Assembly: GCA_965223845.1 (NCBI GenBank)
Contig: CBDCXR010000004.1
Coordinates: 7,232,001-7,296,000, forward strand
Length of the DNA: 64,000 bases
Source: Planctomycetota bacterium
GTDB taxonomy: Bacteria > Planctomycetota > UBA8108 > SXIK01
Direction: 5' to 3'
Shown here: piece after piece, positions 21,591 to 32,635 of the stretch
Layout of the letters: every line of letters begins with the position of its first letter
How positions within the stretch are numbered: position 1 is the first letter of the stretch
Program-made: the position numbers and the translations under genes
Notes under the pieces: model-generated
Told to the model about the DNA's origin: nothing
The model's database searches: none
Seen by the model: the letters and a program-made list of their open reading frames with translations, nothing else

Positions 21591-23540
21591 TCAGCGCGGG
21601 GCGGTCGGAGACGGGTTCGACCCGCGCGACCGCGGGTTCTCGAGGTGGTAGAGAATCCCGTCCTCGGTCCCGACGACGAGATCCGGCACGTTGTCGCCGT
21701 TCCAATCGACGACGGCGGGACAAGTCGTGTGCCCCGAGAGCCGCCGTTCGGAGACCGGACCTTCGTGCCGAAAGCGAAACGCCCCCTCTTCCTCGGCGAC
21801 ATTGCGATAGAAGTCGGCGTTCGTTCCGTTCGCAAGGAGATCGAGCTTGCCGTCGCCGTCCCAGTCGACGATCGCGAGCTTTCGCCTTCCGCTCTTTCCC
21901 GCGTGGCCCCCGTTGAGCCGGAGCGGCTCGCCGTCTTCATCAAAGAAGATTCGAGCACCCGGGCGCAACCGGAGTCCGTCGCCGACGCGGACGCGCTCGA
22001 AGAACGCTAGATAGCCTTCGTGGTCGAGCATGACGAGGTCCGGGAGCCCGTTCCCACGTAGGTCGACGACAACCGGACTCGTTCGCCACTGCGTGACGAG
22101 CTGTCGGCCGCGCGGGGACCACCAGTTCCAAGCCGGCTTCGGCGGTGGCCCGCTCCACTCGACGAGGATCGGGCGAGCCGGCTCGAGGCGCGCCTCCCGC
22201 GCCGACCCGGTGTTTCGGTACCAGAGGACTTCGCCCCAAATGCTGTTGACGACGATGTCGACGCGACCGTCGCCGTCCCAGTCCGCGGCACACGGAACGG
22301 TGTAGCCCCACTTCGCTTCGGCCGGGCCCTGGATCGAGCCGTTCGGTCCCGCCTGGATGCGAATCACTTCTCCTCCCGCGCGCAGACGTCGCGGCGGTCG
22401 CCATCGCGGCGCGCGCGCGTCGCCGACGTTCTCGACCCAGCTCAGATACCCTGCGGTGTCGCCGCAGATGAGATCTTCGTCGCCGTCTCCGTCCCAATCG
22501 CAGCCGCTCGGTGTCGTGAGGACGCCGACCTTCACAAACTCGGCTTCCTGCCGAAAAAAACGTGGAGGGAGGAATTCGGGGAGGCGATCGACGACGTGAC
22601 CCGAGCACTCGAGGAGCGCGACGCGGCCATCCTCCTGCCCGACGATGAGATCGACATCGCCGTCCGAATCCCAATCGAGTGCCTGGACCTGGAGCATCTG
22701 GAGCTCCATGCGGATCTCGCGTTCGCGGGAGTAGAGACGCCTTCCCGTCGCCCAGCGCGGCGCCGCTCGCGTGCCGAAGTTTTCAAAGTACGTGAAACCG
22801 TCGAGAAATTCGCCGCAGATGAGATCCTCGTCGCCGTCCGAGTCCCAATCAGCGAAATTCGGCGATGGGCAGCCGAAGACGTCGAGCGGCGCGTCACCGA
22901 CGCGCAATTGTTCGGCATCGCCGTAGCGCGGCGCGGCGTCGGTGCCGAGGTTCTTCACGAAGTAGACGAATCCGTGGAGCGGCCCGCGCGTCCAGCGTCC
23001 GGACGCGTCGAAGGCATCGTCCCAGCCGTAAGCCCGCCAGTCGCTCGCCCCGACGATGAGGTCGTGGGTGCCGTCGCCGTCGTAATCGAAAAACTTCCAG
23101 TGATTCGTTCGGCCGGTGTGGAAGGACGGCTTGAACTCGACGCGCGCTCCGTCCCCGGCGAGCTGCGTCGCGCGAAACTCCGGATACCACGCGCCCGGAA
23201 TCGCGACTCGTGGCTCGCCCGCGACGTAGGAGATCGCCGCGTTGTTCTTCGCTCGACCGATGCGTCCGCGCGGCCGAAACACCGGAAACTTCGCTTCAGC
23301 GTTCGGATTCTCGAAGAAGTAGATTCCGTTCGAGGGCTTGTTCATCGTCGAAACGACGAGATCGAAGTCGCCGTCGTTGTCGTAGTCCATGACGAGTGGG
23401 ACCGCCCAGAGACCGACTTCGAGATCGACGACGAGCCCCGGCTGGTCGTAGCGGAGCGGAGAGAAGTCGTCCGAGCGCGCCGTGACGGCGAACGAGCTAG
23501 TGAGCCCGAGCGCGACGAAGAGTTTTCGGAGTGGAGTCAT
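21591..23540 (-). CDS. Secreted FG-GAP/VCBS-repeat beta-propeller protein
   Basis: Signal peptide from MTPLRK; many D-[WY]-[DN]-x-DG-x-x-DL repeats with YFEN elements. Confidence 0.85.
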   Translation of the reverse strand: MTPLRKLFVALGLTSSFAVTARSDDFSPLRYDQPGLVVDLEVGLWAVPLVMDYDNDGDFDLVVSTMNKPSNGIYFFENPNAEAKFPVFRPRGRIGRAKNNAAISYVAGEPRVAIPGAWYPEFRATQLAGDGARVEFKPSFHTGRTNHWKFFDYDGDGTHDLIVGASDWRAYGWDDAFDASGRWTRGPLHGFVYFVKNLGTDAAPRYGDAEQLRVGDAPLDVFGCPSPNFADWDSDGDEDLICGEFLDGFTYFENFGTRAAPRWATGRRLYSREREIRMELQMLQVQALDWDSDGDVDLIVGQEDGRVALLECSGHVVDRLPEFLPPRFFRQEAEFVKVGVLTTPSGCDWDGDGDEDLICGDTAGYLSWVENVGDARAPRWRPPRRLRAGGEVIRIQAGPNGSIQGPAEAKWGYTVPCAADWDGDGRVDIVVNSIWGEVLWYRNTGSAREARLEPARPILVEWSGPPPKPAWNWWSPRGRQLVTQWRTSPVVVDLRGNGLPDLVMLDHEGYLAFFERVRVGDGLRLRPGARIFFDEDGEPLRLNGGHAGKSGRRKLAIVDWDGDGKLDLLANGTNADFYRNVAEEEGAFRFRHEGPVSERRLSGHTTCPAVVDWNGDNVPDLVVGTEDGILYHLENPRSRGSNPSPTAPR

Positions 23541-23664
23541 GAATCCTGTTCCTTCGGTGGCCTCACTTCGTCCGGCGGGGGGACGCGAAGGCCAACGGTT
23601 GAGCTCCGGGTCCACCGTCCACGCTCGCGCTTCACGGGTGACGCACGGCCGGACCAAGCTCGAA

Positions 23665-25122
23665 CTAAGCGCCGATTCCGCGGCGCGTCCCGCTCGCAAG
23701 CACGCCGTCGATGACTTCGCCCGCGACGTCCGTGAGACGAAAGTCCCGGCCCTGAAAGCGAAACGTGAGGCGCTCGTGGTCGACACCGAGCAGGTGAAGG
23801 ATCGTCGCGTGGAGATCGTTCAAGGACTGCGGCGCTTCGACGATGTGATAGCCGAGATCGTCCGTGCGCCCGACGGTCGCGCCGCCGCGGACGCCCGCAC
23901 CGGCGAGCCACGCGCAGAAGGCGTGGCGGTGGTGATCTCTCCCGGCGCGCGCGTCGAGGTTGCCCTGCACCATCGGCGTCCGGCCGAACTCCGCACCCCA
24001 GATGACGAGAGTCTCGTCGATGAGCCCGCGCTGGCGGAGGTCGCGGATGAGCGCCGCAACCGGACGGTCCATCTCGCGGCACTTCCGCCGCATGTTCGCG
24101 AACACCGAGCCGTGGTGATCCCAGCCCGAGTCGTAGATCTGTACGAAACGTACGCCGCGCTCGACGAGACGCCGCGCGAGGAGGCAGTGGTTCGCGAGGC
24201 TCGACTTCCCGGGCGTCGCGCCGTACTCCTCGCGCACCGAGGCCGGCTCGCGCTCGAGGTCCATCAGATCCGGCACCGCCGTCTGCATTCGAAACGCGAG
24301 CTCGTACTGCGCGATCCGCGTCGCGATCTCCGGGTCGCCCACTTCACCGAGCCGCTCTCGGTTGAGCGCCTCGATGGAATCGAGCACGCGGCGGCGGTCG
24401 TCGCGTGCGAGTCCGGGAGGATCGGAGAGGAAGAGAACCGGATCGCCCTTGCTTCGCAGCTTGATCCCTTGATGTACGGTCGGGAGGAAGGCGCTCCCCC
24501 AGAGGCTGTTCCCCGCGCCGGCTGTCGCGCCGGTGGTGAGGACGACGAAGGCGGGAAGGTCTCGATTCTCGGTCCCGAGACCGTAGGAGACCCAAGAGCC
24601 GAGGCTCGGCCGGCCGTAGCGCTCGAAGCCGGTCTGAAAGAAGAGCTGTGCGGGCGCGTGATTGAACTGCTCGGAGTGGAGCGTCTTGACGACGGCGATC
24701 TCGTCCGCGACGGTTCCGAGATGCGGGAGCAGCTGGGAGAGCTCGAGGCCGGACTCGCCGTGACGCGAGAACGCGAACTCCGAGCCGAGGAGACGCGGGT
24801 GTCCGCGCAGGAACGCGAAGCGCTCGCCCGAGATGAGTCGTTCCGGAACGAGCTCGCCGTGGTGCGCGCGAAGGACGGGCTTATCGTCGAAGAGATCGAG
24901 CTGCGATGGCGCGCCGACCATATGGAGCGCGATCACGTTTTTCGCCTGCGGAGTGTGATGCGGTCGCGGCAGTAGCGGTTCGCCACGCTGCTTCGGCGCG
25001 GCACCGAACGCGGCGGGCGCAAGGAGCGATGACAGCGCGATCGAACCGAGGCCGCCGCAACCGGTGCGGATGAGCTCGCGTCGACTCAGGAAATCCGTGG
25101 TCTCGTCGGGTCGGATTCGCAT
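23665..25122 (-). CDS. DUF1501 family (sulfatase-like, planctomycete-type) protein
   Basis: Twin-Arg leader SRRELI; [49 protein letters not shown] and GRDH motifs. Confidence 0.9.
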   Translation of the reverse strand: MRIRPDETTDFLSRRELIRTGCGGLGSIALSSLLAPAAFGAAPKQRGEPLLPRPHHTPQAKNVIALHMVGAPSQLDLFDDKPVLRAHHGELVPERLISGERFAFLRGHPRLLGSEFAFSRHGESGLELSQLLPHLGTVADEIAVVKTLHSEQFNHAPAQLFFQTGFERYGRPSLGSWVSYGLGTENRDLPAFVVLTTGATAGAGNSLWGSAFLPTVHQGIKLRSKGDPVLFLSDPPGLARDDRRRVLDSIEALNRERLGEVGDPEIATRIAQYELAFRMQTAVPDLMDLEREPASVREEYGATPGKSSLANHCLLARRLVERGVRFVQIYDSGWDHHGSVFANMRRKCREMDRPVAALIRDLRQRGLIDETLVIWGAEFGRTPMVQGNLDARAGRDHHRHAFCAWLAGAGVRGGATVGRTDDLGYHIVEAPQSLNDLHATILHLLGVDHERLTFRFQGRDFRLTDVAGEVIDGVLASGTRRGIGA

Positions 25123-25163
25123 CGCGGGGTGGAAGGAAGAGAACGTGCTCTGCTCGCGTTTCG

Positions 25164-27395
25164 CTACTCGCGCGAGATCGTCTCGTCGAGATTGAGAAGG
25201 ACGGAGGCGACGAAGAACGCCGCCGCAAGCTCGGGGTGCGGGGTGTCGGCTGGGACGGAGCGCCCCTCGAGGAGCGCGCGAGCGGCGTTCGGCTGTGCGC
25301 GGAGACGCGAGAGCTCGGTCTCGAAGAGCTCCACCATCCTGCGCAGTTCACTCGCCGAGGGCGGGCGGCTCAGGCAACGCCGGAAGGCGTAGCGGACGCG
25401 ATCCGCCGACGACCCGTTCGGAAGATCCGCGATGACGCGCTCGGCGAGCTTGAATGCGAGGTCGACGTACACCGGATCGTTGAGCAGGACGAGCGCCTGA
25501 AGAGGCGTGTTCGTTCGCGGGCGTTCCACGCACGTCGCCGTACGGTCGGGAGCGTCGAACGCGACGAAGCTCGGGTACGGACTGCTCCGCCGGAGCACGG
25601 TATAGAGGCCGCGACGATACCGATCTTCACCGGTGCTCGTCCGGTAGGTGTTGTCGACAACGCCGATGACGACCCAGGTTCCGTCCGGCTGCGGCGGGTA
25701 GACCGGTGGGCCGCCGAGGCGCCGGGCGAGCGTTCCGCTCGCGGCGAGAGCCGCATCTCGGATGCGCTCGGCCTCGAGTCGAAAGCGCGCACCGCGAGCG
25801 TAGAGCTCGTTGTCGGGATCGCGCTCCTTCGCGATCGCGCTCACGCGCGAGCTCTGCTGATACGCCGCGGAGAGGACCATCGCGCGGTGAACTCGCTTCA
25901 CCGACCAGCCGGAATCGACGAGCTCGCACGCGAGCCAATCGAGAAGTTCGGGATGCGTCGGCCGCGCACCTCGAGTGCCAAAGTCCTCGGGCGTCGCGAC
26001 GAGCCCTCGACCGAAGAACGCCGCCCAGTGCCGATTGACGACAACTCGCGCGACGAGCGGGTTTTCCGGGCTCGCGAGCCAGCGAGCGAGGCCGAGCCGA
26101 TTCGCCGGCGCGTCTTCGGCGAGAGGGTGAAGCGCACTCGGAACGCCCGGCGCAACGGGGTCCGCCGGATCGAGAAAGCTGCCGCGGCGAAGTACCCGCG
26201 TCTCGCGCGTGTCGGCTCGCTCGCGCATGACGAGCGCCGTCGGCGGCGCCAGCTCGTCGAGGCGCTCCCTCACGGTCGCGATCTCACTCTCGCACTCCGC
26301 GAACCGCGGCTTCACCGCGCGGAAGCGTTCGAGGAGCTTCTTCTTCTGCTTTGCCGTTCGATCCTTCGCGTCGATGCGGAAGATCGCTCGAATCGGTTTC
26401 GGTTCCGCCGCGAGCTCGGCGGCGTTCGCTGCGAGGTTCTCCTCCCAGGATTTCCTCTCCGCACGCAGGGCCTTCAACTCGCGCTCGAGCGTCTCGCGTT
26501 TCGCGTCGAGTTCTCGCCGCGCGATCCGCTTTTCCTCGGCGAGAGGGAGCTCGATCTTGGGGCCGATGAACTGTCTCACCGAGCCGCCTTCCGCCTTGGT
26601 TTCGATCTCCGTCTGATTGAAGTACGCGAGGAGACCGTAATAGTCCTCCTGCGTGAACGGGTCGTACTTGTGGTCGTGACACTGAGCGCACGAGAGCGTC
26701 GAGCCGAGCCAGACGGTACCCGTCGTGTTCACGCGATCGAAGACCGCGTTCAGGCGGTCCTCCTCGCGATCGACTCCGGCTTCGACGTTCACCGTCGTAT
26801 TGCGATGGAATCCGGTCGCGATCGTCGATTCGAGTGTCGCGCCGGGAAGCAGATCGCCCGCGAGCTGATCGATCGTGAATTCGTCGAACGGTAGATCGTC
26901 ATTGAGAGCCGTCACGACCCAGTCGCGGTACGGCCAGGACGAGCGGTGTCCATCCCGCTGGAATCCGTTCGAGTCGGCGTAGCGTGCGAGATCGAGCCAG
27001 CGCGATGCGAAACGCTCGCCGTACGCGGGTGAAGCCAAGAGTCGATCGACGAGCTTCTCGTACGCCTCCGGTCGTTCGTCCGCGATGAATCGATCGACCT
27101 CCTCGACGGACGGAGGCAGTCCGGTGAGATCGAGCGAGAGTCGGCGGATCAGCGTGTAGCGATCGGCCTGCGGCGACGGCTCGAGGTCCTCGCGCTCCAA
27201 TCGGCGGAGGACGAAGCGGTCGATCGCGCCGCGCGGCCACTTCTCGTCCGCGACACTCGGCACCGAGGGCCGTACGGGCGCCTGATACGCCCAGTGATCC
27301 TCGGCGAGTGCGAGCGAGCTCGCGGCGACGAGGGTCACGGCACTCAACACGGCGCGCCGGCCGCGGCGATGGGATCCGGTCGGTCTTCGCGGCAT
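25164..27395 (-). CDS. DUF1549/DUF1553 (PSD1-type) planctomycete protein
   Basis: [59 protein letters not shown] and TNTPLQAL motifs. Confidence 0.92.
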   Translation of the reverse strand: MPRRPTGSHRRGRRAVLSAVTLVAASSLALAEDHWAYQAPVRPSVPSVADEKWPRGAIDRFVLRRLEREDLEPSPQADRYTLIRRLSLDLTGLPPSVEEVDRFIADERPEAYEKLVDRLLASPAYGERFASRWLDLARYADSNGFQRDGHRSSWPYRDWVVTALNDDLPFDEFTIDQLAGDLLPGATLESTIATGFHRNTTVNVEAGVDREEDRLNAVFDRVNTTGTVWLGSTLSCAQCHDHKYDPFTQEDYYGLLAYFNQTEIETKAEGGSVRQFIGPKIELPLAEEKRIARRELDAKRETLERELKALRAERKSWEENLAANAAELAAEPKPIRAIFRIDAKDRTAKQKKKLLERFRAVKPRFAECESEIATVRERLDELAPPTALVMRERADTRETRVLRRGSFLDPADPVAPGVPSALHPLAEDAPANRLGLARWLASPENPLVARVVVNRHWAAFFGRGLVATPEDFGTRGARPTHPELLDWLACELVDSGWSVKRVHRAMVLSAAYQQSSRVSAIAKERDPDNELYARGARFRLEAERIRDAALAASGTLARRLGGPPVYPPQPDGTWVVIGVVDNTYRTSTGEDRYRRGLYTVLRRSSPYPSFVAFDAPDRTATCVERPRTNTPLQALVLLNDPVYVDLAFKLAERVIADLPNGSSADRVRYAFRRCLSRPPSASELRRMVELFETELSRLRAQPNAARALLEGRSVPADTPHPELAAAFFVASVLLNLDETISRE

Positions 27396-27556
27396 GACGC
27401 GAGTATAGCAGATCCGGCGAGGCGGGAGGGTTCGCGATCGCGACTCGCGCTCGATTCGCGGTATTCTGCGTCGAGGAGCGGGCGCGAGACCTCGCGGCGC
27501 GCGTGTCGAGAGACGGATTTCGATCATCCTCGCGGGAGGCAAATCACTTGAGTGCG

Positions 27557-30259
27557 ATGGCATCGACGAACGGCGTACAAACGATCGGAACTCTACTTGT
27601 CGCGTGTCTCGGTCTCGCCGGCTGCGCGCCCACACCGGACGCGCCCGTGGGCGAGAATGCGGACGAGTGGACCGACGTGCGGGTGGAAGCGGTCGCCTCG
27701 CAGGCTCTTCTCGCTCAGATCGACCGGGTGAAGAATGCGCTCGAGCTTCTCGGCCAACCGCTTCCCGCGTCGGTGCTGCTCGACATCGAAACGGCGCGCG
27801 AGGAGTGGAACGATCGCGACGTTACCGCGGCCGTTCAGAACGCGCTCGATCCGCTCTGTCTTCTTACCATCGTGATCGAAGGGGAAGATCGCTTTCAGGT
27901 GCACCGCGGCGCCGGCCCGGCCACTCTCGTCGAGCAGGGCTGGACGTCCTTTCTCATCAAGATCGTCAACCGCGCGGAAATCGAGGCGCGACTCGAAGTC
28001 GACAGCCCGCACGCGGGATCGATTCCCGGTTCGGCGCCCGGGATCGCCGCGACGCGATGGATGGACGTCGAGCTTTTCGATCGCCAGCCGCTCCGCCGCG
28101 CACTCTCGGGATTCCCGCTCGAGTACCGCGCGATCCAGATCTACGCGCGCGACGCCGGCGTCCACCGCGCACGGCTCGACTTCGGGCTCACGCCGCTCGC
28201 CAGCGCACGGCCGGCGCGCGACGGCTCCGGCCGACTCATTCGCGCGTGGGATTTCGATGCGGACGACACCTCTGGGTGGCGGCCGCTGAACGCGTGTCGA
28301 CTCGAGAGTCGCGCCGGCGCGCTGCGAGCGATCGCGACGGGAGCCGATCCCTACTTCGCCGTCTCGCAATCGGCGCCGGGCGGCGACATGGTCCTTCGCT
28401 TCGCGGCGCGCACGGCAAAGGTCGTCGAGGGTCAGGTGTTCTGGTGGACGCGCGAGCGTCCGCAACCCGACGGTGGGCGCCTGCGGTCGTTTCGTCTCGG
28501 CGCCGCGCCCGGCGTGTGGCAGCGGGGAGAGGTCCGCTTCCGTGCGGCATCCGATCTCGCGGGAGTTCGTATCGATCCGGGGAACGGACCGGGCGAGGTC
28601 GAGTTCGACTGGATCGAGCTCGCCTACGAACGCGACCACGCCGCGGCGAGCGAGTCGATCGCGCTCGCGTTCAACGTCGACCGCTCGACGCGCGTCTCGT
28701 TCGCGGTTTCCGACGACCGTGGGCGACCGACGACCGCGGCGTTCGTGATTCGCGACGAGCAGGGTCGTGTGTATCCCGCGCGAGGAAAGAGGCTCGCGCC
28801 GGACTTTTTCTTCCAGTCGCAGGTCTACCGCGCAGACCGCGAGACCGTACGCCTGCCATCGGGAACCTACTCGGTCGAATGTTCGCGCGGGCCGGAATCG
28901 ATCCCCACGACGAAGTCGCTCGTTGTCGGCCGAACGCCGACCGAGCTCACCTACCGGGTCGAACGCTGGGTCGACCCGGCCGAGCGCGGGTGGTGGTCGG
29001 GCGACCATCACATCCATGCCGCCGGTTGTCGGCACTACTCGAACCCGACCGAGGGCGTCCGGCCGCGCGACATGGCTCGGCACATCCAAGGCGAAGACCT
29101 CAAGGTCGGTAGCAACCTCACCTGGGGACCGTGCTTCGACTACCAGAAGCAGTTCTTCACCGCGCGCGAAGACGACGCGTCGAGTTACCCCTATATTCTC
29201 CGCTACGACATCGAGGTGTCGGGATTCGGTTCGCATCGGTCGGGACACCTCTGTCTCCTCCGGCTCAAGGAGCAGATCTACCCGGGTGGTGAGTCTAAGG
29301 ATCACTGGCCTACGCTCGGGCTGAATACGCTCCGCTGGGCGAAGCAGCAAGGCGCGATTTGCGGCCCGGCGCACTCGGCGTCGGGGCTCCACGGTTCGGT
29401 GGGGCGCGCGAATGCACCGGACGGACCGGACGGGCTGCCGAGCTTCGCGATTCCGAACTACGACGGTATCGGTGCGAACGAATTCATCGTCGATGTGACG
29501 CACCGCGTACCGGGTCCCGGCGGCGAGCTCGTGCCCGCGGTCGACTTCATTTCGACGATGGATACCGACCGCCGCGCCGAGCTCACGATGTGGTACCACG
29601 TGCTCAACTGCGGTTTCCGCGTACGTGCGAGCGGCGAGACGGACTTTCCGTGCATCAGTGGCGACCGCGTAGGAATGGGACGGGTCTACGCGAAGGTCGA
29701 TGGCCGGCTCACGTACGACGCTTGGTGCGAAGCCCTCGCCCGCGGGCGGAGCTACGTGAGCGACGGAACGGCGCACCTCATGGAGTTGACGGCTCAGTCG
29801 GTGTCGACCGGCGCGACGGTCGAGCTCGGAGTGGCCGAGAGCGAGCTTCGCCTCGACGCGCCGGGAGTCGTTCGCCTGCGCGCCATCGCGGCCGTCCGCC
29901 ATCCCGCCGAGGCTCGCGCACGGATCGAAGTGGTCGTGAATGGATTCCCGGTCGAGGAGAAGGAGATTCCGGCGACGGGAATCGCGACGGATGTGTCCTT
30001 CGACGTCCGGGTAGAGAAGAGCAGCTGGGTGGCCCTTCGCGTCTTTCCTTCAGCCCACACGAATCCCATCTTCGTCCTCGTGCAGGAAAAGCCGATCCGC
30101 GCGCTCAAAGCGAGCGCGGAGTGGTGTCGCCGCGGTGTCGACCAGTGCTGGTCGCAGAAGGCGCGGACGTACGCAGAGGCGGAGCAGGAGGACGCGATCG
30201 CGGCCTACGAGCACGCTCGGCGGGTTTACGATCGCATCTGGGCTGAGTGCGAGGAGTAG
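27557..30259 (+). CDS. CehA/McbA-like PHP-fold metallohydrolase lipoprotein
   Basis: Lipobox LAGC; RGPE, WWSGDHHIHAAGC, GPAH, WYHVLNCG, ASGETDFPC and AHTNPIF motifs. Confidence 0.82.
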   Translation: MASTNGVQTIGTLLVACLGLAGCAPTPDAPVGENADEWTDVRVEAVASQALLAQIDRVKNALELLGQPLPASVLLDIETAREEWNDRDVTAAVQNALDPLCLLTIVIEGEDRFQVHRGAGPATLVEQGWTSFLIKIVNRAEIEARLEVDSPHAGSIPGSAPGIAATRWMDVELFDRQPLRRALSGFPLEYRAIQIYARDAGVHRARLDFGLTPLASARPARDGSGRLIRAWDFDADDTSGWRPLNACRLESRAGALRAIATGADPYFAVSQSAPGGDMVLRFAARTAKVVEGQVFWWTRERPQPDGGRLRSFRLGAAPGVWQRGEVRFRAASDLAGVRIDPGNGPGEVEFDWIELAYERDHAAASESIALAFNVDRSTRVSFAVSDDRGRPTTAAFVIRDEQGRVYPARGKRLAPDFFFQSQVYRADRETVRLPSGTYSVECSRGPESIPTTKSLVVGRTPTELTYRVERWVDPAERGWWSGDHHIHAAGCRHYSNPTEGVRPRDMARHIQGEDLKVGSNLTWGPCFDYQKQFFTAREDDASSYPYILRYDIEVSGFGSHRSGHLCLLRLKEQIYPGGESKDHWPTLGLNTLRWAKQQGAICGPAHSASGLHGSVGRANAPDGPDGLPSFAIPNYDGIGANEFIVDVTHRVPGPGGELVPAVDFISTMDTDRRAELTMWYHVLNCGFRVRASGETDFPCISGDRVGMGRVYAKVDGRLTYDAWCEALARGRSYVSDGTAHLMELTAQSVSTGATVELGVAESELRLDAPGVVRLRAIAAVRHPAEARARIEVVVNGFPVEEKEIPATGIATDVSFDVRVEKSSWVALRVFPSAHTNPIFVLVQEKPIRALKASAEWCRRGVDQCWSQKARTYAEAEQEDAIAAYEHARRVYDRIWAECEE

Positions 30260-30262
30260 TTC

Positions 30263-30528
30263 CACACGAAGGACGCGAAGGACCGCGAAGAGAGACGAAG
30301 GAAGAGGAAAGATAGAGTTGGGTATGAAGGGAATCTCGAGATGACGGCCGTGCGTTCACGCGTAGAAGGCTCACCGCTTTTGCGCCGTCCCGTGAAGGCG
30401 CGTGCCGTACCGAGTCAATCGAATTCGTGGCGCGAGCGAGCGACGTTCAGCGCGGTTTCGAATTCTATCCCCCTTATCAATCCTCTCTTCCTTCGTCTCT
30501 CTTCGCGGTCCTTCGCGTCCTTCGTGTG
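30263..30528. repeat. Perfect 44-bp inverted repeat pair (30263-30306 / 30485-30528) built of 9-10 bp CGAAG-ending units; REP/MITE-like element
   Basis: cacacgaaggacgcgaaggaccgcgaagagagacgaaggaagag and its exact reverse complement 178 bp away, between two convergent genes. Confidence 0.9.
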
Positions 30529-30577
30529 AATCTCTCGACCCCGATAGCACGACGCGTCGGGAAAGTCGGATCGCCGC

Positions 30578-31516
30578 CTAGCCCCCACGACCGAAGCGAG
30601 CCGAGGCCGCCTTCACGATCCCCACCGGAGGCGGAAGGTGCCCGGTATAAACGAGGAATCGATACCGGAGCCGCAGTGATTCCTTCGCCGCGAGATCTCG
30701 CGTGAAGAAAGCGCCGAAGCGTCCGTAGTCCCGGTACGCCGAGTACTTCGTTCCCTTCGGATTGTCCGGGTGGTTGAGATGGATCACCGTGTAAACGCGC
30801 TCGCCGAGCGTGTAGGTTTCCCCGGCCCACGCGTAGTCGAGATCCTTCTTGGGGTCGGCGTCTTCCTTCGGGAAAAAGTACTTGGTTCGCTTTCGATCGA
30901 CTTCGTTCGCCGGCCGATACTGGACGCCTGCGTGCTCCGGGTCGCCGTTCAGCTTCAGATCTCGCTGCGCGGTGAGCACCGTGTCGAAGTCGATCTCGAC
31001 GATCCCCGGGCCGTCGAGTCGGCGGAACTTCATCGTCCGCTCTTCGACGATGAGCGGCTTCTTCTCCTTGTCGTTCCAGTGCACGAGCGAGGTGAGCACC
31101 GCCTCGTCGCCCGTCGTTTCGCTCTTCAGGAACCGCTGGTGCACCTGCTCGACACCCTTCATGTGCCAGAGGTCGTAGCTCTGTCCGCCCGATTGGACGC
31201 GATTCCAGCCGATGAAGATCCCGCGGTGATGGGTGAACTGTCCGCCGGGACCTTTGGTGATCGGCGTCTTGTTGTCGACCCCGAACACGTGGAGATACGG
31301 CTTGTAGGTTTCGTGAAGACGCTCCGGAGTCGACTTGTCGTAGGCGTGCATGTAGCGCGCCACCCGGCGGCCGTCGATCGCGATGTCGGTGTGAGACTCC
31401 TGGACGGTGGAGATCGCGAAGCGATTGTCTTCCGCGGACACCGAAGAGAATCCGAAGGACACGCAAAGACTGAACGCGACAACGAACGGCACGGCAGAAC
31501 GGCGAACGATCGTCAT
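30578..31516 (-). CDS. Secreted PmoA-family/DUF6807-like protein (not methane monooxygenase)
   Basis: Signal peptide; KPYLH, HHRGIFIGW, HPDNP and RDYGRFG pattern; soluble, no multi-TM topology. Confidence 0.7.
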   Translation of the reverse strand: MTIVRRSAVPFVVAFSLCVSFGFSSVSAEDNRFAISTVQESHTDIAIDGRRVARYMHAYDKSTPERLHETYKPYLHVFGVDNKTPITKGPGGQFTHHRGIFIGWNRVQSGGQSYDLWHMKGVEQVHQRFLKSETTGDEAVLTSLVHWNDKEKKPLIVEERTMKFRRLDGPGIVEIDFDTVLTAQRDLKLNGDPEHAGVQYRPANEVDRKRTKYFFPKEDADPKKDLDYAWAGETYTLGERVYTVIHLNHPDNPKGTKYSAYRDYGRFGAFFTRDLAAKESLRLRYRFLVYTGHLPPPVGIVKAASARFGRGG

Positions 31517-31630
31517 GATGGAGCTCCGGTGAATGTTCGGCAGCGAGCTACCGGGTACCAAGAGGGGTGAACCGCGAAGGAAGGAGATTCTCTCGTCACC
31601 CGCGTGCGGAATCCACCGTACGCTCTCGGC

Positions 31631-32593
31631 TCAATCGTCCGGGAGAGCTTCGAGCGCGAGCATGACTTGCTCGGGGAGCGCGGCCGGCATGGCCGTCACG
31701 ACGCGGACGAGGTGATCGCCGCTCTTGCCGTTCGCCTCGATGCCCTTTCCGCGGAGACGGAGAATGGAGTCCGACGAAGTGAGGGGCGGAATCTTGAGCT
31801 CCACCCAGCCGCCGATCGTCTCCACCTGGACCGAGCCGCCGAGGAGCGCTTTCTTGACGGGAACGCGGGCGTCCGAGCGCACGTTGAGCCCGTCGAGTCG
31901 CATCGTGCGGTGCGGCTTCACGGAGACCTCGAGGAGGAGGTCTCCGTTCGCCCCGCCGTCGCTTCCCGGGTGACCTTGGCCCGTCAAACGGAGGATCGCG
32001 CCGTCGTTCACTCCCGGCGGGATCTTTACCGTGATCGCCTTCTTGCTCGGGATGTTCAGCTCGCAGCTCTTCCCGCGCGCCGCATCGCGAAAGTCGATCG
32101 TGACCTTGTGGCGTAGATCTTCGCCCTTCTTCGGGGCAGCTTTCGCTTGTGGGGGTGGAGAGGGCTGCTGCTCTTGCCGGCGGCGCCAGCGACGCGATTG
32201 ACCGCGCGTTGCGGCGTCGAGCTGCTCGGCGAAGGCGTCGGGATCGAACTCGGGCTCCGAACGCGCGGCCGAACCGCCGCGTCGACCGAACAGATCGCCG
32301 ATGAGATCGCCGAAGCGCGAGAAGATATCCTCGGTCGAGTTGAAGCCTTCGAAGCCGACGTCCTCGAGGCCCGCGCGGCCGCCGGAGTCGTAGACCGAAC
32401 GTCGATCCTTGTCGGAGAGAACGTTGTAGGCTTCGGCGACTTCCTTGAACTTCTGCTCCGCGACGGAATCGCCCGGGTTCTTGTCCGGATGGTACTGAAG
32501 CGCGAGCTTTCGGTAGGCATCGCGGATCGCGGACTCGTCTGCGTTCCGCGGGACTCCCAGCACCGCGTAGTAATCGATCTCTCCGGGCCCCAT
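31631..32593 (-). CDS. DnaJ-class chaperone without Zn finger (CbpA-like)
   Basis: DYYAVLGV...YHPDKNPG J domain and C-terminal KIPPG/LRLRGKG; no CxxCxGxG repeats. Confidence 0.9.
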   Translation of the reverse strand: MGPGEIDYYAVLGVPRNADESAIRDAYRKLALQYHPDKNPGDSVAEQKFKEVAEAYNVLSDKDRRSVYDSGGRAGLEDVGFEGFNSTEDIFSRFGDLIGDLFGRRGGSAARSEPEFDPDAFAEQLDAATRGQSRRWRRRQEQQPSPPPQAKAAPKKGEDLRHKVTIDFRDAARGKSCELNIPSKKAITVKIPPGVNDGAILRLTGQGHPGSDGGANGDLLLEVSVKPHRTMRLDGLNVRSDARVPVKKALLGGSVQVETIGGWVELKIPPLTSSDSILRLRGKGIEANGKSGDHLVRVVTAMPAALPEQVMLALEALPDD

Positions 32594-32635
32594 CGCAGCA
32601 ATCTCCTTCCCTCGACTCGCGCGCCGAGCGGTCGC

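Noticed and set aside
30307-30484. Decayed GxxExxY gene in the inverted-repeat spacer
   Set aside because: Only a vague IEFE-like stretch on the minus strand with an early stop; no GxxExxY motif, so not supportable.
30263-30528. CRISPR array
   Set aside because: Short units are contiguous with no unique spacers, the arms are inverted, and no cas genes are present.
30578-31516. Particulate methane monooxygenase subunit
   Set aside because: Soluble exported protein without multi-TM topology or pmoB/pmoC neighbours; only the family name is shared.
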